From contig OZ193909.1 in assembly GCA_964276515.1 (NCBI GenBank), forward strand, positions 14,756,001 through 14,820,000: 64,000 bases of DNA, written 5' to 3'. The first letter of the stretch is position 1, and each line of letters opens with the position of its first letter. Positions 39,701-53,810 of this stretch are shown in pieces. The notes beneath the pieces were generated by a model, which was not told the DNA's origin, did no database searches, and saw only the letters and a list, made by a program, of their open reading frames with translations. The stretch comes from Gordius albopunctatus. Lineage: Eukaryota. The position numbers and the translations under genes were made by a program.

Positions 39701-42700
39701 ATGGTGTGCATGATGAATTTAAAGGTATTTAACATGCAAAATCAGAATAAAACGTTTTTCTCTTTTTGAGCCTCCTAAAGAAAATTCGTTACAAAATGTT
39801 TTAAATTCATGTTTTAATTAGTAATATTCGGTTTCACCGTTAATAATTTCAATCTATCCATTTAGGCTTTTCAAAATTAGATTATAATTAATTAAAACAT
39901 TTGATCAAGTTTCCACAAAGCCGCAATAATTTCTTATCAATATTCTAAAACTATAGACTTTGGGGAAATAAGCCCTGGAAGAGATGAGACAGATAAATAA
40001 AATTCTAGGCCATATATAAAAATAATAGCGCAATAAATTGTGAGCACTTATAGGATAATATCTTAGATGAGAAGGCTCATATAGCTACAAAATTTCGAAA
40101 ATATTATTTTACATTTTCTAATATAAACAAGGGAGCTGAGCAATAGAAACACTGATTTGTGAAAATCCCCCTGAAATTTATTAGCTCTTATTAACTACCG
40201 TTTATTTATATTATGGGATCAATTTTCAACACCACCTGATATATATGATTAATTTTGAGGTGCTTTAGTAGTAGGATCAATATGCCACTGACAGCTTTAG
40301 CTATGACTTCTTTGTGTCGCCTGACGTCAGCATCTACAATTGCCGATTCGGCCGGACTCTTTCTTCACAAAAAAACATTAAGAAAATGTGTTTTTATTCC
40401 CACAATCAAATAAATTAGTTGAAGTTTAAAAATGCTTTGTGAAGTTTGGGTTCAAAATATCCTTATGACTTTAAAATTTGCACACTTGATCACGAAAGCA
40501 AAAGTAGCGGCGTTAGAGACGAATCCAACCGATATAGGCGTAGAACAGCAAAAATATGACTAAAAGCTTGACACAAATCAGCGAATGTCATTTCTAACTA
40601 AACAATTTTAATTTATCATAAAATATCAATTCTTCAATTTAAACGGATAAAAGTAATTATAAATATAAATTTTACAATACTTCATGAGATCTGGTGGTAT
40701 TACGTCATTTCTAATATTGATCGATTCAGTTTTGGGCTTGCAGGAGGGGGCAGGCGAGGTGGCTAATAGTATTTTTAGCAGGCATATCTAAGGGAAAATG
40801 AATTGTTGAAAGCTTAAATACCCCATCCCATAATAAGGTTTGACAATATAACCTTGTTCACTTTATATCTTTTAGAAGCAATAAATTTTACAGAAATATT
40901 TATGGAAATATTAATTATGCGAGTGGTCCACTCGTTTAGATTATGTTTATTAACTCCCATTTTTCGTGGCTAGGACGAAATTTTAAATGACTAAACTCCT
41001 GACCTTTTCTATAAAACATATAAATTATCTTTGTATAAAATCGGTGGGTTTGGACTGATAAAGTAGGTAGAAGGGGGGAATGCAACGCGATATTTCGGGC
41101 TATTTTAGCCCATGCTCAGCCGGGTGCAAAAAAGGTGAAGAGGACCTACTTCAATACAAACCTAACGATTTTATACAAAGAAACACACAATAATGGATTG
41201 AATATGCAATATATTTATAATTTAAGTAATCATTCTAGTAGTAGTCGTAGTAGTATTACAATTGAATTTAATACTATTCTTACCATGTAATTCGAGAGGT
41301 TGGGCAATATGCTTTGATATATCATTTCCATCGGGGTTTGGGGGACGTCAGTTTCCTTGATATATATATTTATTTAGTTTATTAATTTATTTTAATAATT
41401 TATTTCACGTATTTAAGTAACAATCTCTCAATACAAAAATTATTGAATTATGTGTGTTTAAATTTATTATTATCAAAATCAATTTAATAATAAAAAATAT
41501 TTATCATACATTATAAATATATTTCGTATTACTTTATGGCTATAAGGGTACATCTCGCGCTTTTTCTCCATCTCTAACTCGACCTCGGATATCGAGATGT
41601 GCAAATACTAAATTACAGAAAATAATTTAGTAAAAAAGAGTTAATAATCCCCAAAAATTCTAACATAACCTTTAAAAAACCAAAAATATTTTCTGCTTTT
41701 ATTTTTAATTTTGTATACATCATCTCAATTTCAGTTTTCCCTAAAGTCACAAAGCATTTCATTTAAATAACTGCAATATAAAATAACTTCCACGTGAAAT
41801 GGTAGTTAAAATGAAATAGTATTTTCAGAAAATTAAAAAGATAAAAAAGCTTAAATAATTTATACTTTTTTGAGGATGTGAAAACTATCGTGTATGGGCT
41901 TGGGTAAGCCGACGAGTGTGGTAATATCATCTTCAAGCGTGTATCCCACAAACTTTTGTCGACATTTGTTCAAAAAATCCAACACGTCCGCTTTCCTTTA
42001 CATCAAACATGAATCGAGGAAAAAATTAAACCAAACTAAAATAACATTAAAACAGCTCGATTTTGCTTGTAAAAATATTCATTTTAAAACATCTCATAAT
42101 ACATTCGATTCATTCTCGATGGCTTTAAAAAGCACTTTAAAGGCAACATTCCTTAAGGCAAAGTTTGGAATGTTTGTGATGATGGGAAATCAAGTTTTTT
42201 ATTCATCATTTTGTCACAATTTATAAAGCGCCAGTTCCCATTTACACTAATGTAGCGTTCGTTCTAGGGGAAAAATGCTCTGAGAAGTTTAAGTATGCAA
42301 CTTTGTTTCGTGAAAATAAACTTTTTAACCATTAAAAAAGTTAATCGAACACAAACTTCATGCCATATTTAGCGCAATAATGATTTTTAGCGTAAACTCG
42401 TAAAAGGCTTAGAATTGTATCCACGACTCTTTATCCAAAGTAAAGAGATTCTCCAGATTTTCTTCTTCATAAAAATAAAAGGCATTTTTCTAGTTGCAAA
42501 AACGATCATTAGTTTTTGCAGTTACTTTACATCATTAAACAGTTTTTATTCAACTGATAAAATTTTTACAGTAATTAAAAGCTTTCCCTACATCCTTCTC
42601 AATGCCTACGCGACAAGAAACAATTTTTGATAAACTAATCGTAATTTTCACGCTAATATATTGATTAAATCAACTTCATAAAAACGATGTTTTATCTTCA

Positions 42701-45700
42701 AAATTATAATTAATTTAAAATTCAATATAAACCTGAATGCTGTCGATCGCTTGTATGTATATTTGTTGTTGTTAATAGTGGTAAAATTCGCTTGATAAAT
42801 ATAAACCTGATTTATTTTTTAAAAAACTTGGTACAACTTACCCACACCGAGGTACGACTCAAAAACATTCGTTTCCCAATAAATCCCACTAAAACTCACT
42901 CAAGATTATTTACTCGACTTCGGGGACACGTGATTTTATGATTTTTTAAAAGATTTACACCACAAAAAATGAGAAATATATTTTCAAGCCAACCGTCGTG
43001 TGGAAAGCTAAACTATTTACTTGACTTTGGGTTGCCACAACAATTTGCGATCGTTGAGTAGAGCTATTTTTCTTGATTGTTCGGCAAACGAATTTGCACA
43101 AGCTACGTTACTGGTATCCGTTAAACTTTCATTGGACGGCTCCCCTTTCCCTACCCCTTCTTCGTTTGCTAACAAACATATTAACAGGTCGAATGCCATA
43201 AATTACAAAAAAAATATTTATGCCTACCTCTCGTTTAGTAAGTAAACACTCCTTCGTAAATTACTTATTTCTTCGATTTATAGATATCTAGGTGCTTTTC
43301 GGATCTCAAGTCATCAGTGAAAAGGTTGAAATTTTATGAAAATTAAGTAGTTAATTTCAATATAATTGTCATAATAATACACTAATTTTTCATTTGCAAA
43401 TGATTGCTTACCCTATATTATATAATTTGAAGCTGCATCGTGTTAGGGGTGTAATTTAGGTGGGAAAAAGTTGGGATTATTTTCAAGAAAATAGTGTTGT
43501 AAAAAGGGCAGGGGGCTTTGTTAGCTCGACCTTTGGTTAAACTAAGGCTAACGGTTGACTCCAGTCTCTTTTTCAAATTTCGTCTAAGCCTAGTGGTCCA
43601 CTAAGAATGACAGACCAAAAAATCTTTGGTCTCTTTATGTTTACTCGACTAGAAACAACTTAAAACACTACAACAAAATATAAAATTAAACCTGGTGCCT
43701 TTGAATCTTGGAAAGACTCCATCCTTTCAAGTGTAAGAGTGGCGGTTGAAAGGTTATCGTCCTCTTCTGTTTCCTCATCAATGATTTCGATATTCTCATC
43801 TTCGATAGTTTTAGTTTCTTGAATGGATTCGGGGCAATCCATTTGGCTATTCATATAGAAAATATATTTTTTTTTGAAGCTTGTCGAATTTATAGATTAG
43901 TAAGGTTAAACTAAGCGGTTACCTGTCTAAAAGTAAATAATGACCAATGTTTGAATATAATTGGTTTGACCCCGGCCAGAGGCCACCATCTTCTTCCCTT
44001 ATTGGGCTCGGCTAGAACTAATGACTGCTTGTTTTTAGCGGATCGGGCCGGGAAACTGCCTTAAATTTAAATTTTCGGGCGGGCACGCTTTGATAAGATT
44101 CGGGCAATTCGAGCATAATTAAATTATTGTAGGGCTAGGGTAGGGTGTGACTTTTTATATAAAATGGATTATTTTTGAAAACTTCTAGATTGAATCGCCT
44201 TACGGTTACAGCTTTACCTTTAACATTTCAGATTCAGAGGTCGGGTGGGGTTATAATGACCCCAAGCCGTTTAAAAATGCTGTGCAGAATAAATTCGTTT
44301 GCTCTAATTATAGGCATAAAATTAAAACCACTTGATCAAATAGGCAAATTAATATATTAACAAATTTTGACAAGTTTATATTATAAAATATCTAAGTTAT
44401 AGCTATTTAAAGTTTGGGGTAATTATTACCCCAAATACCATCCGTGTTAACATTTTTGACCCAACCTCTGAAGTGTTAACCACAAGTTATAGTAATAGGA
44501 AAAGCTGCACATTTTTTATCCCCCCCGTGCGTTCAACACAATTTGATTAGAAATTCTATTTAAAATTGTATTTTAGTGTGCTTTATTAATCAAATTAAAA
44601 AAACTATATTTAGTGTAAATTAAAAAATTTGTTATTTTTTAAATTTAATCGAGAAAGCTTAGCTTAGCAGCACCCCCTTCCCTTTATTTAACCCGTGTTG
44701 AGAGTATCGCATTTTTAATGAATTTGTATATTTACCACTTCTGTGCAAAATGTAATATGTGCAAAATGTAATATAGGCAAAAGGGTTAGGGTTAGATTTA
44801 GTGATTTATTTGATAATATGTATTTATTTATAAAATAGTATTATACATTTTGATATAACTTATTTTGTTTCAATTAACAATTATAGTATCCTTTTATTAC
44901 GTAGTTTTTTAGTACATATTACATGCGCAAGATGAATATGCGTGAAAACCGGTCTCAATTTCTAAAATGCGAATATTACATTATTAGATTTTGCACATAT
45001 TACATTTTGCACCAGATTCATACCTACTTTCACGTCCTTTTTTTATTGCTAACTACCGCATCATGTGGGTGTGCGTGCAGTCTAGTAGACAAACATCCAT
45101 TTTGTTAGGAGCGCCGATCGTAAGATTTGAAGAGGGAAAACACTTTTCTCATAAATCATTCCTTATTTCATATTTTATAATCTCTCCCTCTATTCTACCA
45201 CGTTTATTAAACGGTTAAGTGTAAAACATTACAAAAAATTTAATCGTTTTTTACCATATTTTCACATTATTTATTCCATTCAATTCAATTTCAAGTAACA
45301 TTAACACGTTACTAAATTATCGTTCAAATAAGTTTTTCTTATTCCCGAATCTATTTAAAATGAGGGAATCACATTCGTTTAAGCTAATTTAAAAACCTGA
45401 TTTAATCAACTAAACGAATTTAAAGATAAAATTTCTTGGGTGTCCCGTTTAAAAATGCTGTACAATATAAGTTAGTGAATGCTATGATTTTATTACCCAA
45501 CAAAATTTACCCTTAAATATCTATCCAAAATTTGGCTAGTTTTTATCGGGTAATTTTTTAGATCGAAATAAAAAATTCGGGCTTAACGGACACATGTAAT
45601 ATTTCGGGCGGGCATTTCGAGCAGCTCATGCGCTTCGGGCCGGGTTCGGGCAAAATAATTTAAACAAATCTGACCTCTGATAGGCGTTCCCCAACCAGTC

Positions 45701-48700
45701 CATCCCCATAGCCCGCTGCAAAAAAATTTGTCTAAAATTCCACCAAATTTAAGCTATGAATATAGTGATACATTATGACAAGCTGTTATTTATAAGCTTT
45801 GTGAAGCTGATCGCTGTCATTATAAAATTAATCAATACTGGCAGAGATTGTTTCTCGAAAAAATCTTTTTACCTTAACCTGTTCACTTTTGTAAATCACG
45901 AAATTATAAATTGGCGTCATCAACTAACGACATGAATAAACGTGAGTTAATAAAATCAAAAAGCTTAAAATTGCGATATTAATAAAGGCTCACACAAAAA
46001 ATTAGGGGATAAACATAGGGAGATCCCCTCCCTCTAAATATTCCCCTGGACATTTTTTAAAACGATCAATAGCAATTATAGTCGCAAAATTTAATTTCAA
46101 ATCTTTCTTGCACTCTTGGCTTCTTTTGAAAGAGGAAGAGGTAGACATTTTACTTTTATAACGATCCTTTTATATTATTATATGATAATTGTGGTATATT
46201 ATGATGAGACATATATCAATAACTTTTGTCCTGAAAAATTATTGTATAATATATCGTAACTCCTTAACATTTACCCTTCTTCTTGATTGGCAGCATTAAG
46301 GTGAGAGGGCAGAGCTGCCACTTTCAAAATAGCGTCTAAGTTGAGAGAATCCTGCAGGTTAAGACAACCAAATTCTGTTAAACCGGAGGGAAGAGGCCGT
46401 GGTTCACAACCTTCCTTAGTATCGCAATTACCATTAGGGACCAGCTCATCGGAGGTCGGGATGGGAAAATGGTCCAACAAATCGTCCTTGGGGAAAAAAT
46501 CGATTATTTAATCCGTTTTACAAGGGAGCAACTTTATTTTAGAATTTCATTATTCACACTTCATGAATTTAAATGAATATTTTGATCCAACAATATTACA
46601 AAGCTTATCCCGGTAAATGGGATTTTTTCAAAAAACCTAATTAGCGCGTTAACTCTGACCCCAACCACGGCCGTAAGCAAGAGATGGGGCCCGCGGTCTG
46701 AATTTTTTTTAAGAATTGATATAACACAGTGAGACCTCGTTGACACAATAATGTGTTGTGTTAGAATTGTTAAATTACATTTAAAAAAGGATTACATGCT
46801 TTTATTAACTTAATTTATACGTTTACATTCTCTTCTATAAAATTTGCTTTACACCAGCGTCAATAGAATGTAAAACTAACTAAATTTGGCTGGACAAACT
46901 CACGACAATCTAATATATAAAAATTAAACTATGTGTGTGTGTATATATGCCGCCACCAATTTTGGAAAACTACCAGACCGATTTGGCTCAAAATTTCACA
47001 GTTTATTCCTGACAATCCGGAGCATGTTTTAAGATTTGTTCGAGCCAAATCGGTCCAGTAGTTTTCGAGAACGGTTTAGTGCCTGATTCTCAACTTTTGT
47101 AAACAATAACACAATCTAACGAACGTGTTATGTTGTATTCTTAAACGTTGCACTGTATACGGAAATAGAACAATAGAAGTAGAACAACTTTATTTTTAAT
47201 TTAATAGCCGCTTTATCATCATTCATATATGTCCTTGTACTTTGAATGTGGGCATGTAACCTCCATCATTCAAAATTTTCGTTGCTCCGAACGATGTCAT
47301 TTGGAAGCATGCATTGTACTTGCGAATGTGTTGGAGGAAGTGTTTGGACAATGTATTAGTTCCAGATACATAAGATAAGAGCGATTCAGGTGGATCAACC
47401 AGTGGTGGCAAATTGACTTTGCCATTCGAATAACACATTCCAGGATTTTCTTTTGGGACCCGCAAAGCACGACAATGCAAACACATCGTATCCATTTGGC
47501 CAATTATGACAATGGGGTGCATGCTGTAATCAAACGCTACATCATAATGGAATGCTGCTAATTTTCAAACTGGCTAACGAACTATATGTTGAGCGTCTGT
47601 ATCGTGAGCGCATATTGTCTAGTCTTTCGATTCGCTCTTCAGCTGATTCGGTAGCTCGTGAAGTTGTGGCTCGTGAGCGTTTAGTGGCTAGTCTTTCGAT
47701 TCGCTTTTCAGCTGATTCGGTGGCTCGTGAGCGCATATTGTCTTGTCTTTCGATTCGCTTTTCAGCTGATTCGGTAGCTCGTGAAGTTGTGGCTCGTGAG
47801 CGTTTAGTGGCTAGTCTTTCGATTCGCTCTTCAGCTGATTCGGTAGCTCGTGAGCGCATATTGTCTAGTCTTTCGATTCGCTTTTCAGCTGATTCGGTAG
47901 CTCGTGAAGTTGTGGCTCGTGAGCGTTTAGTGGCTAGTCTTTCGATTCGCTCTTCAGCTGATTCGGTAGCTCGTGAGCGCATATTGTCTAGTCTTTCGAT
48001 TCGCTTTTCAGCTGATTCGGTAGCTCGTGAAGTTGTGGCTCGTGAGCGTTTAGTGGCTAGTCTTTCGATTCGCTCTTCAGCTGATTCGGTAGCTCGTGAG
48101 CGCATATTGTCTAGTCTTTCGATTCGCTTTTCAGCTGATTCGGTAGCTCGTGAAGTTGTGGCTCGTGAGCGTTTAGTGGCTAGTCTTTCGATTCGCTCTT
48201 CAGCTGATTCGGTAGCTCGTGAGCGCATATTGTCTAGTCTTTCGATTCGCTTTTCAGCTGATTCGGTAGCTCGTGAAGTTGTGGCTCGTGAGCGTTTAGT
48301 GGCTAGTCTTTCGATTCGCTCTTCAGCTGATTCGGTGGCTCGTGAGCGCATATTGTCTAGTCTTTCGATTCGCTTTTCAGCTGATTCGGTGGCTCGTGAA
48401 GTTGTGGCTATTGAACGTAAATTTTCTAGTCTGTCGCTTCGCTCTTCCGATGTCTCAGCTGCTATTGTAAGTTTCTCTTACGATTGTCGCGGAATCTTAG
48501 TTCACGATGTTGAGGAGTTTCAGCTGCTCTCCTTGTTTTATCTCTTTTTGATTTAGGTATTGTTCTGCCGAATAATTTTTCCGCATTGGCATTTTTATAT
48601 CTTTTCAACTGGTAAAAATATATATTGACTATGATCTATATAAAGTACTGCAATATAAAAATTCTTTTGGTAAAGAAACATGCAATAAATTGCTGATTTA

Positions 48701-51292
48701 TTAAATGGTAAATTTTATTATTAATGCAAAATAGTTGATTATTTTACCTCAATTATGTTGGAATTTCAGGGCATATATGAATGATGATAAAGTGGCTATT
48801 AAAGTAAAAATAAAGTTTGATGTCTATATGTTCTACTTCTATTGTTCTATTTCCGTATACAGTGCAACGCGTACGAATACAACATAACACGTTCGTTAGA
48901 TTGTGTTATTGTTTACAAAAGTTGAGAATCAGGCACTAAACCGTTCTCGAAAACTACTGGACCGATTTGGCTCGAACAAATCTTAAAACATGCTCAGGAG
49001 TGTCAGGAATAAACTGTGAAATTTTGAACCAAATCGGTCTGGTAGTTTTCCAAAATTGGTGGCGGCATATATACACACACACATAGTTTCATTTTTTTTA
49101 TATATTAGATAAATCCTGTAAAATGGATTTTGTTAAGCTAATTTTTAATTTGCCCAACCCGAGCCTGAGTTTTTTGAATTTTTGGGCCAATCCGAGCCTG
49201 CCGGGCCAATTTTTAATAAAAAACCTTAGGTAAATTTTACAAAATAAATGTTAAAAAATTTGATTATTACTATTTGTAATTTAAAACAAGGATAAGTTTG
49301 TAATAGACTTCCTCTTGCTACAATTTTTAAACTTATAAAATTATAAAGTATTGATCTAAATTTATAAAAATGGATTTTATTTAACAGTTTACAATAAGCT
49401 TTTGAATTTTTCACAAATTATTTTTGCCCTACACTTCTTATATTAGCAGTATTTTTCTAAGCTCACAGTTAAAAAACCCAAAAAACGGCAGTTTTACAAA
49501 ATATTCTACTTCTTCCATAGATGGTACTATAGCAGCCTCTCCGGGAGCTATCTCATCGTCTATTTGCTGGGCTAGGGGGCTCTTCTTGGTCATACTTATA
49601 GGTATAGTCCGGCCCGGTGATTTATAATTGCTTTCAACACAAACTTTTTCTTTCGCTATTGAGGGAGAAGTGTCATTTGTGGTGGTATTTTTTATGGGAT
49701 TAGAGGCTATTTTGTTATTAATTCCTGTGAAATAGGGTCCAGTTAGAGGAAAAGGAGCCATAACCCAAGCTCGCATTTGGCTTAAAACTGCTGTAGAATC
49801 GTCTGGTGAAGGGGATAGTCCTAGTGATCTCCTCTTCTCTTCTCTTAACTTTCTGTAATCTTCTATGCCTCCGTTGGTAAACTAGGACCCAAATCAATGA
49901 AATTATGAAGTGGGGAATATTTTGACAAATTAAGATGTTAGTAATAACATAAATAATAATAAATTTGTTCTGTAAAATAAAATTTTAAAATATTTGCAAA
50001 ACAATCCTTTATCAACATTTACTTACAATATACATAAGAATTACAATTATTACAATTCCGACATAATACAAAACATATATTTGATGGTTATATATGTTAT
50101 TTAATCATTAAGAATTAGAAAAATATAAAAGTGTAATTGAAATATTTGAGTAAATTATAGCCCTCAACTGACTCAAAATCATATAAAAACTATTTAACAT
50201 TTGACTTAAACTGTTCCATTTTATCAAAATTTTATGATTATGATTTATCAAAACTAAAATTAGAAAAATGAAATTTTTTAAAATGTAAAACTATATGATT
50301 TATATTATTAAATTTTTTTTAATATCAAAAGTTACAAATTTACCAAAATTATTTTCCATAACAGTAATAAAGCTTTTCTAATTGGAATATGAGGCGAGGA
50401 AATGCTACAAAACTTGGTAAGACATGACATTATACAAACTATTATTGAGGACTTTTGTTCAGCCAAATACTCCTCTAAAATTAAATTAAAAATAAATTTT
50501 TTAAAAATACCAATTAATAGACATTTGAATTGCTTTTTTAGATTTTGATGTTCAATAATATCCTGATTATTAATGGTCCTAAATGTTTCCAATATGGTGT
50601 ACAGAATTGATAATATAACTCTAAAATATGCATTCGAACTTATATCATAAGGTAGACTTTCTCTATTCCTATGATAATTTGAAACAATAAAATTTTTTAT
50701 GTGTTACTTATCAGTTTGAATTTCATCTTGCAACAATTTATACACCAAACAAAAAATGCCTTTTTCATATAGCAGGCAACAATTAAGTTTAATTGAGTTA
50801 ATTATAAGGCCTAATGTACTGTATTCATAATGCATCCCTAAATCATTTTAAAATCATTTTAAAATAAAAACAAATTAACCTTGACATAAATATAGAATAG
50901 CCCTCAAAGCGTTTAATCTCTGTGATAGATTAGAATTTTCTAAACTGTCTAGTATTGTTTGCACATGTGATATTTTCATAGATTTAGAATATGAGTCCCA
51001 TTTAACATCAGAAGCATTTAAAAACCCATTAAATGCCTGATAGTTCAGTTCGATATCGCCGTTTTCCGAATACGTATATATTTCTGAATAATAAAAAATA
51101 TTTAAAGATTGGAATCTACCAGATATTTCTTGTATATAAAGATCCGAGTCATTATAGGTATAATGTATTTCAGGAGAATCTGTCGCCTAAAAATAAATGT
51201 AGATAATTTACAATAAATTTTGTTATAGTTACGTCTAGATCATCAACGATTCTATCTTTATTACGAAAATTTACTCGATTCTCCATATCCAT
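36734..51292 (-). CDS. STRIP1: Striatin-interacting protein (STRIP1/2, FAM40; N1221 and DUF3402 domains), multi-exon, complete
   Basis: ATG 51292; DSPEIHYTYNDSD...EIYTYSE; PHIPIRKALLLLWK; RQKFVGYTL..D..TLVGLP; RHKEVIAKAVSG; LVFANCVPLILK; WRNLFTSINLLRVL; YVLKLLKLQMRYLGRQWRKSNMK; HLNDDWAYGN; YEKWLEKEVF. Confidence 0.95.
43977..45679. mobile_element. hAT MITE with nested MITEs in a STRIP1 intron (left boundary approximate)
   Basis: Right end AATCTGACCTCTG matches the family at 53811-54623. Nested TTAA-flanked piggyBac-like MITE at 44220-44479 and an inverted GTGCAAAATGTAATATG element at about 44743-45012. Confidence 0.6.
46909..49109 (-). mobile_element. Helitron derivative: Rep N-terminal fragment flanked by two inverted copies of the 5' end
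   Basis: ORF 47223-47522 has C..C.AL...CYSNGKV.LP, IRKYNACFQMTSFG and FKVQGHI (Helitron N-terminal motifs). About 320-bp inverted repeats at 46909-47232 and 48770-49109, each starting TCTAATATATAAAA. Confidence 0.88.
47598..48410 (-). repeat. Coding tandem repeat with a 123-bp period (41 aa), about 6.5 copies, STPR-like ESAEERIERL units
   Basis: Period read directly from the sequence; each unit holds two related subunits. Confidence 0.92.
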
Positions 51293-52621
51293 TTTACAAT
51301 ATTTTCATTTTTCAGCTGATTCTCATGTGTTTGGAATGAATCAATCATTCCTAAATGTGGGTAATAATTTTGGTAGACCTATCCTATAATTATTTCAATT
51401 AAACTCCTAATTTTTTGATATTTGTTAATTCAGACCTGAAAAACTAAAATATATTTCATTAAGCATTTTAAAGTTTAACTTTTTAGAAGTTCAAAAGATT
51501 ATTATTTAAAATACATAAGTTTTTTTAAACATTAATTTCGGGAATATTTGAGGGCGATAAAAATAATTTATAATCAATATATTATTTTGTCCTAAAACAA
51601 TACATCATCCGTTAAATATCATAATAACAACAAAATAAATATAAATACAATATAAAAATAAATTAGAAAGCTCATAAGGTAACGCAATGTTTATGTAAAA
51701 ATGGGTAAAAGAGCTCTGTTCATATTAGATATCTGCAACGGGCCGTTTTTAGAAGGTCAACCCACCCATACTCATTTTCGAAACTTCAAGGTCCTTCCGA
51801 GCCCGCCCGTATTTTTTTCAACACCTCAGACCCGTCCGGAAATTTTTTAGACCCGTCCGAGCCCGTCCGTAAATTTTTCAGGCCCATTTTTTTAAAAAGA
51901 ACTCCGCGCCCGGCCCAATTCCTCCAAAATTTAGCATAATGTTATTTTATGATATATTCATAAAAAACATCATTAATTATCATGTAAAATTAATAAATCA
52001 TTTCCGTTATACACCTAAAAAACTTCAATATAGTACTTTAAATTACTATAAAAATTACATGAGAATATTTCTAGAGCTGTTAAAGTTCATCTTAATTATG
52101 AACTAGTTCAAGTTCATAGTTCATTTTGGAAAATAAAATTAGTTCAAGTTCAGATTTTTTCAAAAGTAACTAGTTCAAGTTCATTTTAGAAAAAACGAAT
52201 TAGTTCAGTTCTTAGTTCAAATTTTACAAAATAAACTAATTCAAGTTGAGTTCATAGTTCAGTTCATTAAAAAATATATTATAGAATTTTAATCCGATCC
52301 GAGCGGTTTTTTAAAAACGTTTTATCTGAATAAAAATCAGTTCTGAATCCCATAAGTAATTTTAAAATTCTATGAAACAATTTTTTATTGATGATTGAGT
52401 TAATTTAAACTTATTATTGTTTATTTTAAATTGGAAATAGTCCATTATAAAATCTAAGTTAATAAAAAAAATTCATATAAGCTTTTTTATACAAAACTAA
52501 ATTAGCTATATAATTTTGAAAAAGAATTATATGTGTAAAACTTTTCATTTCAAACATTATAATATATATAATTGTAATTGATAATAGAAAACTTTAATAA
52601 TTTATTATTTTCAAAATTATC

Positions 52622-53285
52622 ATTTCTTCTTCTTCTTTATCGTGTTGAAAATCCCACAGACGTGGGGTACGTTTTTAGCAGCCTCTTCCATCTGAGTCGT
52701 GTGAATGCCATCCTAATTTCCATCTGTTTGACGTCCATATCCTTTTCGACCAGTCGTTTCCAGGTGGCACGTGGTCTGCCCCTTCCTCTTCTTCCAGGCA
52801 CGTCCATCTCCAGCGTTCGGCGTGTGACATCGTCTTCGTCTCTTCGTAATACATGGCCGTACCACCGCAGTCGATTTTCTCTTAAGAAGTCCTTCGTCGC
52901 TTGTATACCCATCTTTGTCATCAAGGATTCGTTCGTCATGCGATCCAGCTTGGTGTAGCCTAAGCTCCATCGCACCATTCTCATTTCCGTGACTTGCAAG
53001 AGTTTCTCCTCCGCGCTGGTTACAGTCCATGTTTCGCTCCCGTAAAGCAAGACCGGACGCACGATGGTTTTGTACGCCTTGCTTTTCAACCAAATTGGTA
53101 TCTTTTTGTCACACATGACACCGGAGATGCTGCGCCACTTGAGCCATGCTTTCTTGATCCGAGAATGGACTTCGGCGGTACATCCTCCCTCTTGATGTAA
53201 TAGTGAGCCAAGATATGTGAACTTATCAACCTCCGTGTACCTTGGACCTTCAATTTTGTGCATTTGCGGACTACCTCTTTATCCA
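52622..53285 (-). mobile_element. RTE LINE, 5'-truncated, with (GAA)n tail
   Basis: 208-aa open frame FTYLGS...LLYGSETW...RLRWYGHV...RGRGRP; minus-strand tail GAAGAAGAAG. Confidence 0.92.
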
Positions 53286-53810
53286 CAAATAGAATTTTCC
53301 TAAAGTCAACAGTCTTTCGATATGAGCACTTGTTTGAATATGCAAACGTTATATTTAATGAAAATTTGTTTTAGATGGGGTAATTTATTATATATATCAA
53401 AAGCGCGTCTAATATTTAAGAAATCCAACCAATTTTAAGTATGAGGGTTAACATTTTCTACATCTAGTGGCAATATTGAATTTATTTCCTTCAAAATTCT
53501 ATACTCTTCCTCTAAATTTTTCGCATATAAATCTTCTTCTTTATCAGTTATTTTGGTCCCACATTCGTGGGGTTTGTTTTGATAATTTTTTTCCATCTTG
53601 ACCAGGTGAGTGTGATGTCTTGACTAATCATTTAGTTTCCATAACTTTATCGACTTGCCCTTTTAACGTTGTACGGGGTCGTCCTCTTCCTCTCTTCCCC
53701 GGTACCTTCATGTCCAGTACTTTTTTATTTACGTCATACATGTCTCTTCTTAGTATATGCCCATACCACCTTAGCCGATTTTCGTTAATAATGTCCGCCA
53801 TAGGTTGAAT

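Noticed and set aside
47598..48410. CRISPR-like array
   Set aside because: No unique spacers, eukaryotic context, and it is a coding tandem repeat
47552..48556. 334-aa plus-strand ORF
   Set aside because: Antisense shadow of the Helitron coding repeat; a stop-free repeat unit explains its length
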